A stretch of 64,000 nucleotides of DNA from an uncultured Acidobacteriota bacterium (GCA_963744645.1 CAVUUN010000024.1:36325-100324); one strand, 5' to 3'; shown: positions 1-12,840, numbered from the stretch's first letter. Notes: generated by a model not told the origin, from the sequence alone. Program-made: numbers and translations.

Positions 1-2025
1 TGGGGACCGATATCGAAGAAGTAGGAGACTGTCGTCCCGGTTGACCAGTTCCAGGGTCATGCCGCTCGATGGCGGACCAGCCCCCTCCCAGGCCTCGCCC
101 ATGCGACGTGCCTGCTCATCGATATTCATCCGGAACGAAGTCCCGGTGACGATTTTCGACGACTGCAGGCGCAGGGCCGTCTGCATGAGGACCGTGAACG
201 GATCCGTGCCGGGGACCACCAGCAGTTCTACGGTCTTGCCCGATTTCTCGGCCATCTCGACGACCTTGGTGAACAGGAGGCGTTCGTAATCGGTGAACAG
301 TTGGTCGGCCGCAAGCTGATGCTGGCTCGCATTCAGTCCGGCAACCCGGCGGACGGTCAGGGCAACGATGTCCTGGTGTTTGACGTTTGTCTTTTCCAGG
401 ATCTTTTTCAATGGGTGAAGGGACCGGTAGTCCCTGACGGCTACCAGGACGTTTCCGGGCCGGACAGAGATCTCAGCGGCGGAAATCGAGCTCTTGTTCT
501 CGAGAAGGAAAGTCTCAAGCTCTTTGTTCTTGCTCAGCCGCCTGTTGGTCGTAATCCGCTCGGACAGCGAGAAGCCGAGGAACACCAGGGAGGTGAAAAT
601 GACCCCGGAGATCGTGGCCACTTCCTTCGTAAAAAGGTTCGTCAACGCGGTTGCAAAAAGAACAAGGGTGACAAGACCAAGCCCGACCGGCACTTCCCGC
701 CCGCGGAACCTGAAGTTCAACGGCATCTTCCATTCCCGATCCGCCGGCCGCTTAAACCGAAGGATCAGCGTGGAAAGGGCGTTCATGGAGAAACTCCAGA
801 TAACGCCGAAAGCATAAGCCTCGCCGAGAAGGAACACGTTGCCCCGGCTGACAATGACGACCACGATCTGGAGGAAGACGATCGAGTTGAGCAGACGGTA
901 AGTCGTTCCGAACTTCTTGTGCGGGTGCCGGAACCAGTCGGGCAGGACACCGTCTTCCGAGAGCCGGTTCAAGACCCCATTGGACCCGATAATCGCGGTG
1001 TTGCAGGCACCCGAAAGCATCAGGATGCCCACCACGACGACGAACATCTGGAAGAGCAGCCGCACCTCGTACGGCCCGAGCAGATACATCGCAATTCCGC
1101 TGATCAGGTTGTCGTAGTAGTGCGGGTCGATCGGCATCCGGGATCAGGGCGACGGCCAGGAAGGAAACAGCCGGCGTGAAGGTGGCGCTGAAAACGAAAA
1201 TCGCAATGGCGGCTTTCTTCAGATTCTGAAGTTTCGGGTGAGCGATCTCCCGGTAGACCTGGGCCAGCGTCTCTTCCCCGCTCAAGCGCCAGGATCGAGT
1301 GCCCGAAACCGATCATGATCATGATCAACGGGATGGTCGGAAGACTGGTCCCATCGAGCCAGCCCAGGGCCTTCTTAGAGAATTTGAAGCTGGACTCGGA
1401 CGGGGCGGGAGGCAATCCGAATCCGCCGCGCACTAACAGCGTGACGATCCCCCATCCGATCATCAGCACCACCATGACGGTGGCCACCTTCATGATCTGC
1501 ATCGCCTTGCTGCTTGACTCCTCGATTCCAATCAGGTTCTTGCGCCAGAAGTACAAGATGATCAGGATTGCGAAGAAAGCCGAGCCGGAACCGCGGGGGA
1601 TGTGGATCGGGTACCCGGACAGCCTGAAGATCTCATTGAGCAGGGCGACCAGGTACTGCCCAGCCGAAACTCCGCTGATTGGTGCGGTTAGGATGAAATC
1701 GAAGATAAGCGCGCTGACCGAGATCTTGGCCAGCGTGGACCCCATGGCCTCCTTGACTACCCGGTACACTCCGCCGCGCACGAACATCGAGGAGCTCTCG
1801 ATGTAGACCATGCGGACGCACAGCGAGAAGAGCATCACCGAGAGAATCAGCCAGGGCGCGGATTTTCCGATCGCCTCTTCGGCAATACCGCCCGGCATAG
1901 AAAGCGGAGGATCCCAAATCAGCCAGAACCACGGCGGCGGCCCGCCAGAAGCTGATGAAGGAGAGCAGGGCGGTCGTGGCGATGACGACGCGCGGAACTG
2001 CGGGAGGTTTTTGTTGTCCGCTCAT
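1..2025 (-). CDS. APC-family amino acid/cation permease (KimA-like); frameshifted, C-terminus runs off the window
   Basis: ORFs 1633..2049, 1104..1898 and 752..1285 join into one multi-TM protein (LADLGSSAFY, SSSMFVRGGVYRVVKEAMG, SGEETLAQVYREI). Confidence 0.8.
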
Positions 2026-2092
2026 ATCACGGGGCTTTGCCAAAAACAACTAGTATAGGGCAATTTCGGGGTGCTCGGCGCGCAAATTTGAA

Positions 2093-3061
2093 CTAGGAAG
2101 CGGTGGCTTGTTTCTGGCGCTTGATCCGTTCCTGCACCCGCTCAACGTTAGCCTTCACTTGGCTGTTTTGTGATAGTGAGTCGGCCTTCCGATAAAACTG
2201 AAGGGCTTTCGGGTAGTTCTTTCCCTTCTCGTAGATGTAACCCAGACGGTCGAATGCCTGCCAGTTGTCCGGCGCCGTTCGGGTCGCTTGAAGAAAAGCA
2301 TCCTCGGCGCCTCTCGTATCATTCGAGAACAGGCGGGCCAACCCCAGGTTGAACCAGGCGTCACCGTCCTGCGGATTCTCCTTGAGGTGGTCGGTGAGCA
2401 ACGAAACCGCTTTGGGGAAATTTTTGGCTTCGATCGCGGCCAGCGCTGATCCGTAATCGAGTTGCTTGAGGTACTTTTTCGCCTCCGCTGAGTTGCCGTT
2501 CAGCGCCAGCGCCTGCCTGAGATGTTTCTCGGCCTCGGTCATATTGCCGGTCTGGTAGTAGGCAATGCCGAGTTGAAGTACATCTTGATAACTGGCGCGT
2601 TGGATCGCATTGGCTTTCAGCAGGTCGCTGATCGCTTCGTCAAACTGCTTCAGGTTGAAGTAGGCTGATCCCCGGGTCCGGTAAAGAACCTGTTGATCCC
2701 GAGGCGATCTCACCAGTTTTTCCGCCTTGACCAGTGCTGCGATCGCGTCACGATAACGGTCGGCGTTGTAGTAGGCAAGCCCGAGACCCAGGAAAGAGAC
2801 GGCGTTATTGGAATTGAGCTGGACCGCTTTTTGAAAAGCCGCCGCCGCGTCATTGTACCGCTTCAACTTCAGATAGCTGTCTCCCAGGATCCGATACCCG
2901 TCCTCGTACTTGGGATTATCCTCGACGATCTTCTCGAACTCCGCCGCTGCCTTCGCATACTGGCCCTGTTTGTAAAACGAGACACCCTTCTGGTAGTCCC
3001 CCTGGGCCAATAGCGTGGCACAAAGGACCAGCACCAACAAACCGGCTATCTTGAGTCTCAT
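2093..3061 (-). CDS. Secreted tetratricopeptide repeat protein
   Basis: Signal peptide and several TPR motifs (AWFNLGLA, LGIAYYQTG). Confidence 0.9.
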   Translation of the reverse strand: MRLKIAGLLVLVLCATLLAQGDYQKGVSFYKQGQYAKAAAEFEKIVEDNPKYEDGYRILGDSYLKLKRYNDAAAAFQKAVQLNSNNAVSFLGLGLAYYNADRYRDAIAALVKAEKLVRSPRDQQVLYRTRGSAYFNLKQFDEAISDLLKANAIQRASYQDVLQLGIAYYQTGNMTEAEKHLRQALALNGNSAEAKKYLKQLDYGSALAAIEAKNFPKAVSLLTDHLKENPQDGDAWFNLGLARLFSNDTRGAEDAFLQATRTAPDNWQAFDRLGYIYEKGKNYPKALQFYRKADSLSQNSQVKANVERVQERIKRQKQATAS

Positions 3062-3109
3062 CGCTTCAATCCGCCTCGCTCTGGATTCGCGCCAAGGAAG
3101 GGTGGATGA

Positions 3110-3544
3110 CTATTCCAGGTAGCCCCAGGTTCTCCACCGTTCCACTTCAGTCTGAGTTGGGATGGAGACATTCTTCACCTTCAACTGCCTCAGGACGTCG
3201 AAGACGTCAATCATGGCGTAGTAGGGAACATCCGGCAACGAGTGAATGATCACGGGTTTGTCCGGTGCCTGCTGCATCTTCTGCTGAATGTAAGCCTGGA
3301 GCTGGTCCAGTCTCATCGGGACCCGGTCCACCTCGTAACTCGCTTCTCCAGTTACTTTGATGTAAACGGCTTCCTGTGGTTGCACGTTCAACTGCCTGGG
3401 GTCGTCCTTCGGAAAGGCAAACTCCAACCCCCGGGTCGAACTGTACACGGCCGTCAGCATGAAGAAGATAATCAGCAGGAACGCGATGTCAGCCATCGAG
3501 GCAGTCGGGACTTCAGCCGACTGCCGACGGATCAGTAATTTCAT
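3110..3544 (-). CDS. exbD: ExbD/TolR biopolymer transport protein
   Basis: TASMADIAFLLIIFFML TM motif. Confidence 0.9.
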   Translation of the reverse strand: MKLLIRRQSAEVPTASMADIAFLLIIFFMLTAVYSSTRGLEFAFPKDDPRQLNVQPQEAVYIKVTGEASYEVDRVPMRLDQLQAYIQQKMQQAPDKPVIIHSLPDVPYYAMIDVFDVLRQLKVKNVSIPTQTEVERWRTWGYLE

Positions 3545-3560
3545 CTTATCCCCTTAATCG

Positions 3561-3990
3561 TCACGAGCGCGGCGGTGCTTTCTGTTCGGTCAGCAACCCG
3601 ATGTTCTTCGCCCCGTTTCGGCGCAACTGGTCGAGCACACGGTCAACGATCTGATACTTGACGATGCGATCGGCCTTGATCACGAACTGCTTGTTCGGGA
3701 ATGCTCCGCACCAGCGCCTGAACGTGCGGGGCCAGATCGTCTGGACTCGACAAGTCGATCCCTGGGCTCTCCCCGTCCGAGTAAACGATCTGGTTCTGCG
3801 GACTGATCGCAACAATTGCCGCGTTTTGTTCCACCTCGGCCCGCTCGATCGACTCCGGCAAGTCGACGGATGTTTTGACCGGCGAGAAAGAGGTGGTCAG
3901 CATGAAAAAGATAATGAGCAGGAACGCGATGTCTGCCATGGACGCAGTCGGTATCGTTGCCTGTACTCTCTTCTCTCGATGCAGTCTCAT
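3561..3990 (-). CDS. exbD: ExbD/TolR protein (one frameshift)
   Basis: SMADIAFLLIIFFML in 3643..3990; VIKADR..VDRVLDQLR..IGLLT in 3561..3815. Confidence 0.85.
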
Positions 3991-4649
3991 ATCGCTCGCG
4001 CTCGGGGCCCGGTTGCCTCGTCTCCCTGGGCTTCCTTGAAGGTCTCAAGGAGGACGGCCGCGCTCGTCTCCATGTCCAGGGTGTAGTGGTTGACCCGGTT
4101 GGTAAAGTGGTTGAACGCGTATTGAACCGGAAGGGCGATCATCAGCCCCGCCGCTGTCGTGATCAACGCCTCGGAAATGCCTGACGCAACGGCTTTCGGA
4201 TTGCCAAGACCAACTTCGGCCAGCGCCTCGAAAGAGTTGATCATTCCGGTGACGGTTCCGAGGAAGCCGAACAGAGGAGCGATATTGGCCACGGTGGCCA
4301 GAATCCAGAGATTCCTCTCCAGCCGGTTGAGCTCATGAAGCGCGACGACCTGCATCGCCCGCTCGATCTCTTCCGAGGAGCGCCCGAAGCGCATCAGACC
4401 TGCTTTCAGGGTGGCGGCAACGGGATTCGTATAGGACTCGGTCACTTCGACGGCCCGTCGAAGATCGCCGGCCATGAGCGCCTCCCGCACCCGCGAAAAG
4501 ATTTCGGCGGTGTTCCCTTTCACACGGACATAGGCAATGGTGCGCTCGATGATGAAAACCACACCCAGGATTGAACAGATGAGCAACGGCCACATGATGG
4601 GCCCGCCCCGCTGAAAATATCTGAACAGTGTTCCAAGGGCTAGCAGCAC
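3987..4649 (-). CDS. exbB: MotA/TolQ/ExbB proton channel protein
   Basis: APLFGFLGTVTGMI and GISEALITTAAGL motifs. Confidence 0.9.
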   Translation of the reverse strand: MLLALGTLFRYFQRGGPIMWPLLICSILGVVFIIERTIAYVRVKGNTAEIFSRVREALMAGDLRRAVEVTESYTNPVAATLKAGLMRFGRSSEEIERAMQVVALHELNRLERNLWILATVANIAPLFGFLGTVTGMINSFEALAEVGLGNPKAVASGISEALITTAAGLMIALPVQYAFNHFTNRVNHYTLDMETSAAVLLETFKEAQGDEATGPRARAI

Positions 4650-4833
4650 GAGTGTTTCCTCCAGAAGTGTCTATCTCCAAGAATGAGACAAAAAAAGTCC
4701 AAAAAAGGATCAGTTAAACTTCCATGATAGAGCCCGGGTCAAAACGAAGTCAAACGGAGGAGGGCTCGGATCGGCTGGAAGCGATGCTGCTAAGTGTGGA
4801 GAGGCTGAGAGTTACCTGTTTTCGGTGCTCTAT

Positions 4834-6219
4834 CTAGCCCGGGATTTTGATGTTCAGCCGCTTCAGCTTCTCGTTCAGAGTAGTGGCGTTGACGCGAAGA
4901 AGATCGGCCGCTTTCTTCTGGTTGTAGCCGGTCTTCTCCAGGGCCGAGATGATCAGCCCTTTCTCGTAGTCCTGAACCAGGTCCTTCAAGGACGCACCCG
5001 ATTGCACCGAAGAGAGTCGTCCAAGGCCCACCGAGCTCGAATTGATCACATCCCTCGGGAGCAGGTCAGCCTTGATCGAACCTTCGGGGGGGGCGAGCAC
5101 CACCGCTCTCTCGGTGACATTCTCGAGCTCACGCACATTGCCGGGCCAGTCGTATTCCACCAGGACTCGCATCGCCTCAGAATCAAAGCGGCAGGCTGGC
5201 CGCTGGTTCTCGGCGCAGAAGCGTCCGATGAAATGATCGATCAGAAGCGGGATGTCCTCCCTTCGCTCTCGCAAAGGAGGCAAGTGCAGCGTAATCACAT
5301 TGAGCCGATAGTAGAGATCGTCTCGGAAGTTCCGTTCTTCGACCGCCTTTTTTAAATCGATGTTGGTTGCCGCGATGATCCTGACATCGACCTTGATAGG
5401 ATCAATCCCGCCGACCCGGCGGAATTCCCGTTCCTGGATGACCCGCAGGAGCTTTGCCTGTGTCTCCAGCGGAATGGTGCCGATTTCGTCGAGGAAGATC
5501 GTGCCCTGGTCCGCGATCTCAAAGAGTCCCTTCTTGGTGGCGGTGGCTCCGGTAAAGGCCCCCTTGACGTGCCCAAACAATTCGCTCTCGAGAAGATCCG
5601 AAGGAATTGACCCGCTGTTCACAGCGATGAACGGACGATTCGCGCGCGGACTGCAGTTGTGAAGCGCCTTGGCAACCAGTTCTTTCCCGGTGCCGCTCTC
5701 CCCCGTTATCAGGATAGTGCTGCGACTCGGTCCCACCTGGGTGATCATGTCGAACACCCTTTGGATCTGTTCGCTCTTGCCTACGATATTGTGAAAGGCG
5801 AATCGGTCGTGCACGAGTCGCTTGAGCTGGCGGTTCTCGAGCTCCAACTGTCGTTTGTTCAGGCCGTTCTTGACCGACAGTAACAGTTCTTCGTTTTTGA
5901 AAGGCTTAGTCAGGAAGTCGAAGGCGCCGGACTTGGTCGCCCTCACGGCACTCTCGATGGAAGCATAGGCCGTGATCATGATGACCACCGCGTCCGGGTC
6001 CGCTCGCAGGATTTCCTCGAGGACTACCAGCCCGCTCCGTCCCGGCAGCATCAGATCGAGCAGGACGAGGTCGACCACCTCCTGGCTCAGCAGCTCCATT
6101 CCCTGATCGGGCGTCTCGGCAGTGAGGACACGGTAACCGTCTTCGGCAAGAAGCCGCGACATGACGTCGCGCATGACCTCTTCGTCATCAATGACAAGAA
6201 TGGTAGGTTGTGAGGGCAT
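4834..6219 (-). CDS. Sigma-54-dependent response regulator (NtrC family)
   Basis: REC domain, GESGTGKE, ELFGHVKGAFTGA, WPGNVRELEN, C-terminal HTH. Confidence 0.95.
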   Translation of the reverse strand: MPSQPTILVIDDEEVMRDVMSRLLAEDGYRVLTAETPDQGMELLSQEVVDLVLLDLMLPGRSGLVVLEEILRADPDAVVIMITAYASIESAVRATKSGAFDFLTKPFKNEELLLSVKNGLNKRQLELENRQLKRLVHDRFAFHNIVGKSEQIQRVFDMITQVGPSRSTILITGESGTGKELVAKALHNCSPRANRPFIAVNSGSIPSDLLESELFGHVKGAFTGATATKKGLFEIADQGTIFLDEIGTIPLETQAKLLRVIQEREFRRVGGIDPIKVDVRIIAATNIDLKKAVEERNFRDDLYYRLNVITLHLPPLRERREDIPLLIDHFIGRFCAENQRPACRFDSEAMRVLVEYDWPGNVRELENVTERAVVLAPPEGSIKADLLPRDVINSSSVGLGRLSSVQSGASLKDLVQDYEKGLIISALEKTGYNQKKAADLLRVNATTLNEKLKRLNIKIPG

Positions 6220-6233
6220 ACGAGAGAGTCAGT

Positions 6234-9049
6234 TCAATTCACTCGTCTCAGGGGCAATTGCAGCGTAAAAGTCGTACCTCGGCCTGGCTGGCTTTGGACG
6301 TCGATCTGGCCTGAGTGCTCCTGAATGATACCGTAACGTGATCGAGAGCCCCAAACCAGTCCCCTGGCCCACATCTTTGGTTGTGAAGAAAGGATCGTAG
6401 ATCCGCTTAATGTCTTCGTCGGAAATTCCCCTGCCCGTATCTTTGACCTGCACGACAACAGCCGAGTCCCTCCGGTAGCTCTTGATCGTCAGGTGGCCGC
6501 CCTGCGGCATGGCGTCCTTGGCATTGAGAAACAGGTTCATGAAAACCTGCTGCAGCTTGCCGCCATTGGCAAACGTCGGGGGAAGGGAAGCGTCAAGCTC
6601 CAAATCAACCTCAACGTTGGCCTTTCGCATCTGGTGGTCAAGGAGCGAGAGCGATTCCAACATCAATGAATTGATGTTCACTTCCTGGACTTCGCTGTTG
6701 CCCACCCGGGCGAACTTCAGCAGGCTGTTCACGATATTCGAAGCCCGAAAGCTCTGCTTCTCGATCTTCTGCAGCAGCTCGCGCTGGGGATGACCTTCCG
6801 GAAAATCCTTCATCAACATCTGGGCATAGCTGGAAATTCCCGCCAGCGGAGTGTTGACCTCGTGAGCGACACCGGCCGCAAACAAGCCGATCGAGCTCAG
6901 CTTCTCAGCCTGCATCAACTGGTCTTCGAGACGGACCTTCTCAGTGACGTCCTCGAGAACCATGAGTGTCCCCGTCAGGACATCCTCGTTCAGCAAGAAC
7001 GGCGTGACTGAAACATTGAGCAGAGTGGTCTTCGCATTCCGGTTGACCAGGGCCGTCTTTTGCAGGCGGACCGTGTCGCTCACTGCCCAGTTGCCACCCG
7101 GCATCACGCTTTTGAGGGCTGCCAGGAAGGGAGACGGCAGGAGCGAACTGAGGTTCTGGCCGATAGCCTCCTGGCGATCGATGCCGGAGATGCGCTCCAT
7201 TGAGGCGTTCCAGACGGTGACTTGTCCATCAACGGTCACCACCGCCACTCCAGCGATCAGGGTCTCGATTACCTGTTCGTTGTACTGCTTGAGATTCGCC
7301 AATTCGTTGGCCTTCAGCGCCAGAGACTGGTAAAGCATCGCGTTGTCGATCGCGATCCCCGCGTAAACGGCAAGACTGGCAAGCAGATCGAGATCTTCGG
7401 ATGGCAACGGTTCTCCGCTGGCTCTGCGCCCAAACGACAGAAAACCAAGCAATCGTCCATGGACCCGCAACGGCTGCACATAATGAAGGCCCATCCCCTC
7501 CAGCTTCCGCTTCACCTGCTCGACCACCTCGTTCTGAGGACAGAAGAACACCGGGTTGAGCTCGCGGTCAAAGTCCGAAAAGATGCTGTCGGGAACCGCA
7601 AGGGACACCGATCTTCCCGAGCCGGGTTCATACTGGCGATAGGTGGATGGTTCGGCGCCGTCCCGCACGAACAGGGCCACGCAAGGAAGGTTAAGCGTTC
7701 TCTCAACCCGTTTACAGATCTTATCGATCAGCCGGTCAATATCGGTCTCCGATGCCAGCGTCCGACCGAATTCGGCAAGTGACCGTCTGTAGTCGTATTG
7801 TTCCCGGTAGAAGAGCTTGTCCAGTTGCTCCTGGATCTTGTTCTTGACTGGAGCGAAGAACAGGGCGCCGGCCAAGGCCGCAATTGCGAACAGAACAAAC
7901 CCCGAATCAGGCGAAAACCGGGAAGCGGCGTGTCCGATAAGCAGCGCGAGCAAAAGGTAGACGCCAAGAATGGCCGAACTGGCAATCACGTAGGCGGCGC
8001 CCCGCTTCACGATGACATCGACATCCATGAGACGGAATCGGGTGATGGCGTAACCGAAGCTCACGGGAATGAGAGCCAGCCCCAGAATCGAGGCATTCAT
8101 GAACATGGATATCGGCGCGCCGATCAGGTAAGGAACACCATAAAGCAGTGCGAACGGCACGATCCCCGCCACTGCGCCGTAAGTCAGCCATTTCATTTGC
8201 TGACGATGAGCCACCGAGTCGGCAGTCCTCCTCATCCAAACCAGGATCAGCGCCCCGGCCAGGAAGTAGGCGATAAAGTGCAGGAGGTGCACCCGATCGA
8301 GGAGCAGCTGGACTTCTAAAGTCTCGAGGCAGTCCGAAGCCGCTCAACTGACCGGCGAACCAAGCCATATGGACCGACAGGAGAAGGGCAAACGGAAAGT
8401 AGAGGGCCGGCTTGAGGTGCGGTCTACGCCGCATCAGCGGCAACGGTTCGGGAAAGTAGCAGGCAAAGTGCAGGAACAGCGGAGGCAGCAACAGCAACGC
8501 CACAGCCGAGGCCCAGTAGACAACAATGTCGAGGGCGTCCGCCTTCCCCGTGTGCCGGAACACGAACAGAACGAAGCCGACGAGGCACATCAGGTAGAAG
8601 TGGAAAGCGCCCGCCGCACTTCCGTTCCGAAGATAGATAAAGAGCCCTGTGAGCAGATACAGGAACGCCGTCAGGATCAGGAAGTAATCGGAAGCGGAGA
8701 CCTGAGACTGGAGGGTGATCCCGGCCGTGTAAACAAATTCGGCCTGGCCCCTTTTCATTAGGTATTCAGTCCGAACAACCTGGCCTTTGTCTTGAGGGGC
8801 GAGGAGATCCAGGATCTCGGTGTAGTCGTCGAAGTTGCGAATTGGGATCCGATTGATGCTGACCAGTTGGTCGCCGGGTCTTAAGGCTGCCTTGGCTTCA
8901 GGCGTTTCGGGGATACTTACCCGGACTCCGTTCTGCTGCTGCCACTCGATCCCGTCGACAGGCAGTCCCCAACTGATCCGCTCCGACAGGTTTACCAAAC
9001 CGGCGTAAACCGCTAAAGCGGATGAAATCAGGACCGCGAGTGTCTTCAT
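6234..9049 (-). CDS. Membrane sensor histidine kinase (PDZ-like, TM, GAF, PAS, HisKA, HATPase); frameshifted
   Basis: ORFs 7907..9133, 6229..8292 and 6234..6458; AHEVNTPL H-box, QVFMNLFLNA, PFFTTKDVGQGTGLGL. Confidence 0.85.
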
Positions 9050-9358
9050 CCGGATCGAAAAAAGCATATCAGACCCTGGGCGGCATATGGCCACCCACTT
9101 CCCCATCTCGGCAGAAGCAACTTCGGTGCCCATGTCAGCCGGAGCACCGTGTGAAACTCCTAAGAATCTGCAGCCTTTCCATATACAAGGATGAAACTCG
9201 GGCGCTTAAGTTACGACTCAATTCTACAATATTCAAAATGTTGAATTCCACTTCACGAGATTGGATGGGGGCGTAAGTCGCCAAGCTGCAAATAATTGGG
9301 GGACACCCCGGCCGACGGTCGGTTTGCTGGCAAAAAGGGGGGAGTTCTCTGGTTTGTT

Positions 9359-11133
9359 CTAGAACCGAAAAGCGATGCCACCCCGGACGCTTCGGGGCGC
9401 CCGGATCAGAACCACGTCGCCCTGGTTCGTCCGGATAACGCCGACGTTGTCGTTCGTCAGATTGCGAACGTCGAGCAGCGCTTCCAGCCTCGGTGACGCG
9501 AGAAAATCGAGGCCGACGAAGTTGAGGATCCCGACCGGGACCGGGATAATCTGGCGCACAAAAAAGTTGAGTCCCTGATTGCCGGTCTCGTAAACGTCCG
9601 AGTACCCGTCCAACGTGTTGATTGCACTGCTTCCGGGCATCAGTTTCACGAGGGCGGTGATGGTCGTGTTCGACCCCCGCAGGAAGGCTTCCAATTCGGC
9701 CGCAAACTGGTTGATGATGCCGGTTCTTGACCAGGGCCAGGACGGTCGGCCGATCGAAGAGTCCGGCGTCCACCGTCTGCGAGCCTAAACCGACGCCGCT
9801 GCCTCTGATATACGAGAAGGAGGACCGAAAGTCGCCGAACTGTTGACGCCAGGTGGTGCGATAGCCTGAGGTTCGGGCGCTGCTCGTCGTCCAGCTGCAG
9901 AACTTCCATCCCAGGTTGGTAGCGGAAAAGCGCCACGAGCGGAACAGTGCCGGCAAAGCGCTCGTTTGCAAAACGCGACACCTCCAAGACCGAGTTTCTC
10001 GCAATCTGCCTCGAAATGCTTGCCCCGTAATATCGTGAACCGCCAAGCGACATCTGGTCGCCGACGCGGGCATAATGCAGCGGGTCGCCCATGTTCACGA
10101 TATCGCCATCCGGTAGAGTCACCGAGTTGGCGTGGGTATCCCTTCGGGACGTGACCCAGAGATCGACCATGGTGCGCGAGAGGGGAGAGTAGGAGATTTT
10201 TGCAGTCGGGCTTACGAAAGACTGGGTCACTTCATTTCTGACCCGGTTCATCTCCAGGCCCCACAGCACTGTGAGGTTTGATCCCAGTTGAAGCCGGTCT
10301 TCAAACCCGACGTTCAACATGTGGCTGGTTCCGGTCGCGCGGACGAATTCGATGTCGTCCCCGATTCGAATCGGATTGCCGAGCGTTGCCAGACTCGGCT
10401 GTGTGAAGCTCATCCTTCCGTAGCCCAGGAAGAACTCCATGGTGTTGTTGTCGCTGAGGTCATACCGGTAGAGGTTCTTCAGCCGCCAGAGGGAGTCTTC
10501 GCCAGAGTTCAACTGGCCGGCAAAGATGTATCGTCCGTTTCCAATGAAGGAATCAACAAAAGCGAAGTTGGTGGTTGTCCCGGTGGTTGAGTCGCCGGGG
10601 AGAACCAGGTAATCCTCGCCCAGTCCGGCGTTGGTGTAAACCTGGAACACGGCGTTGTCAAAAAACTGGCCCGAGGATTCGTCGCCAGGCAGATCCATCG
10701 GCTGATCACGGAAGATCAACCGCTTCTGAACGGGTGTCCGAAGGACTGACTTGACACTCAGATTGCCATCGGCCTCGTTTCCATCCAACAACTGCTGAAG
10801 CACCAGCCTGACGACCGAAGTTTTCCCGGGCAGGATTTCTATCGGATTGACGTCCGCCACTCGGTACGCAGCGCTCTTGACCCGGATCTCGTAGTCGCCA
10901 GCCTCGATGTTCTGGAGAAAAACCCGGCCCATGGAATTGGTACGAGTCAGGATTGGGATCGCCTGTTCTGAGGCCTTATCGAGAAGGCTGACAAGGATGT
11001 TGGCGAGTGGAGTACCGGACTCATCCTGCACAATTCCCTGCAGGCTGCCAGAGGACGCAGCGTATGCAGAACTCGAGATGAGCGTACTTAGTAGTGCCAG
11101 GCGCAAGGCCCAGGGCTTAGTGATTCTCAGCAT
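9359..11133 (-). CDS. Outer-membrane beta-barrel protein with N-terminal carboxypeptidase-regulatory-like domain; frameshifted
   Basis: Signal peptide, GSLQGIVQDESGTPL..V..TRTNSMG, beta-strand-rich body, C-terminal RGGIAFRF. Confidence 0.7.
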
Positions 11134-11309
11134 AGCGTTCCCCAGACTTGGGAATCTGCCACTTTCAAAATGCTGGCGCACAATACTTCCCGCCCTGTCA
11201 CGACTTGGTTCATTCTACCCCTCAAGCCGACGTCAGTCAATCGAGAGAGGCCGATCCCAAGGTCCCTGAGTATACAAGACTCGAATCCAGGACAAAAGGT
11301 TCAAATGCG

Positions 11310-11514
11310 AAACTGTGAAACTGAAAAACTGTGAAACCGAAAAACTGACGACTGACGACTGACGACTGACGACTGACGACTGACAACGGACAACTGACGA
11401 CTGACTAAGTATCACTAACCACTGACATCCGCCAGCCAACCGGGGATCCTATCTCGTCCAGCTGGCACTTCGGCGGGTAGTGGTCGTCAGTCGTCAGTTG
11501 TCAGTTGGTCAGTT
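11310..11514. repeat. Inverted heptamer array (ACTGACR)x9 ... (YGTCAGT)x4, preceded by GAAACTGT-like octamers
   Basis: Direct copies at 11344-11406, reverse copies at 11484-11514. Confidence 0.9.
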
Positions 11515-12823
11515 GCTATACCAGTACCAGGCGCTTCCGGCAAGGAACGCACCAAAAAACGTGTTCCAGATATTAAAGCTCGCCTCTCGAAAAGGATTCT
11601 CGACTGCCCCGGTCTTCACAGCAGACTCGAAAAAACTGGCGGCCAGCGCCGACAGGGAAACGACCACGGCGCCAGTGATCGGGTACGAGCCGGTTGCGAC
11701 GGGGATAGCGGCGACAATTGTCGCCGCCGCCCATCCGCCCAGAGTGCCTCCGAGTGAAATGCCGCCCGGAGTTCCTGGAGGAACGCGGACGAGGGAGATT
11801 GGATTCACGGTCCGACCGCCGAAGCGAGTTCCCAGCTCGGTTCCCACCGTATCGCAGGTGGCGGCCGCCACTGCCGCAGTGAAGCCTGCCAGGAGAAAAG
11901 TACCGGGGCCGAAAGCGTAGAACACGGCGATGAGCACGGGCACAATTCCATTGGAAAGGACACTGAGCCAGTCTCGCGGTGTGCCGGTGCCCCGGCGGCT
12001 GACCATGCTGGCCAGGGCCAGGAAGGCGGCCAGGCAGGTGATCCCGGTGAAACCGGTGCCGAGTGGAACCAGTGCGCCAAAGGCGGCGGCTAAGCAGGCC
12101 CGCGCCTCGGGTCAGCCAGCCGAGCGACCAGGCGATGGCGAATCCGAGAATGCCGACGAGAATCGAGAGTTTCCAGTCAAAGGCCAGACGAGGGACAAAG
12201 CTCTCCAACCGAAAAAGGAGGAAGAAAACCACCCCGGCCACCCAGGTGATCAGCAGGTTGTCGTCGACGATCGGCGGTAGAGACTCGATGAAGGCACAGA
12301 GCAGGGCCCCGACAAGGGCGAAGACGAGCAGCGTCGCGGTGGAGTATGGCGGATTCGGAGCTCCGTTCCAGATCATCAGGAGCCATGCGGCCAATCCTCC
12401 GCCGAGCCAGAAGGACAGGCTTCCGAAGACTGTCTTACCGGGATTGTGGGGCATCGGGCGCCCGCCCAGCTTTCGGCCCACCAGATTCGAGAGTGCGTCA
12501 CCGACAGCCAGAACAGCAAACCCGGCTGCGCCGATGTAAGGCCGGTCCATGAAGACGAGCAGGAGGCACAGGGCCGAAAGCGCGTAATACAGTTTTGCCC
12601 TGGAGATGTGGTTTCGTTCCTCGGGCCTGGTCGTGATCGGTACGAAGCGGGGTGAGAGCCAGCAGGCGTAAGCGATTCCGACGACGCCGATGCCAAGTAA
12701 GATCGGACGATTAATATAAGGAAGAAGGAATGCGACAAACAGGGGGACGACGTGCTCGACCTGACGCAGATCCTCGATGCGTTCCCTGTCGACGGCCGTC
12801 TCCGAAGGCTCCCGGTTGATCAC
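11509..12823 (-). CDS. Polyprenol-kinase/cytidylyltransferase-like domain fused to DUF92 membrane domain; frameshifted
   Basis: [32 protein letters not shown]; then [28 protein letters not shown]. Confidence 0.75.
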
Positions 12824-12840
12824 GTTTTTTCCGGAGGGCC

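Noticed and set aside
11233-11439. Ser/Val/Gln-repeat small ORFs (also 50163..50348, 50392..50652)
   Set aside because: Translations of the heptamer arrays, not credible genes.
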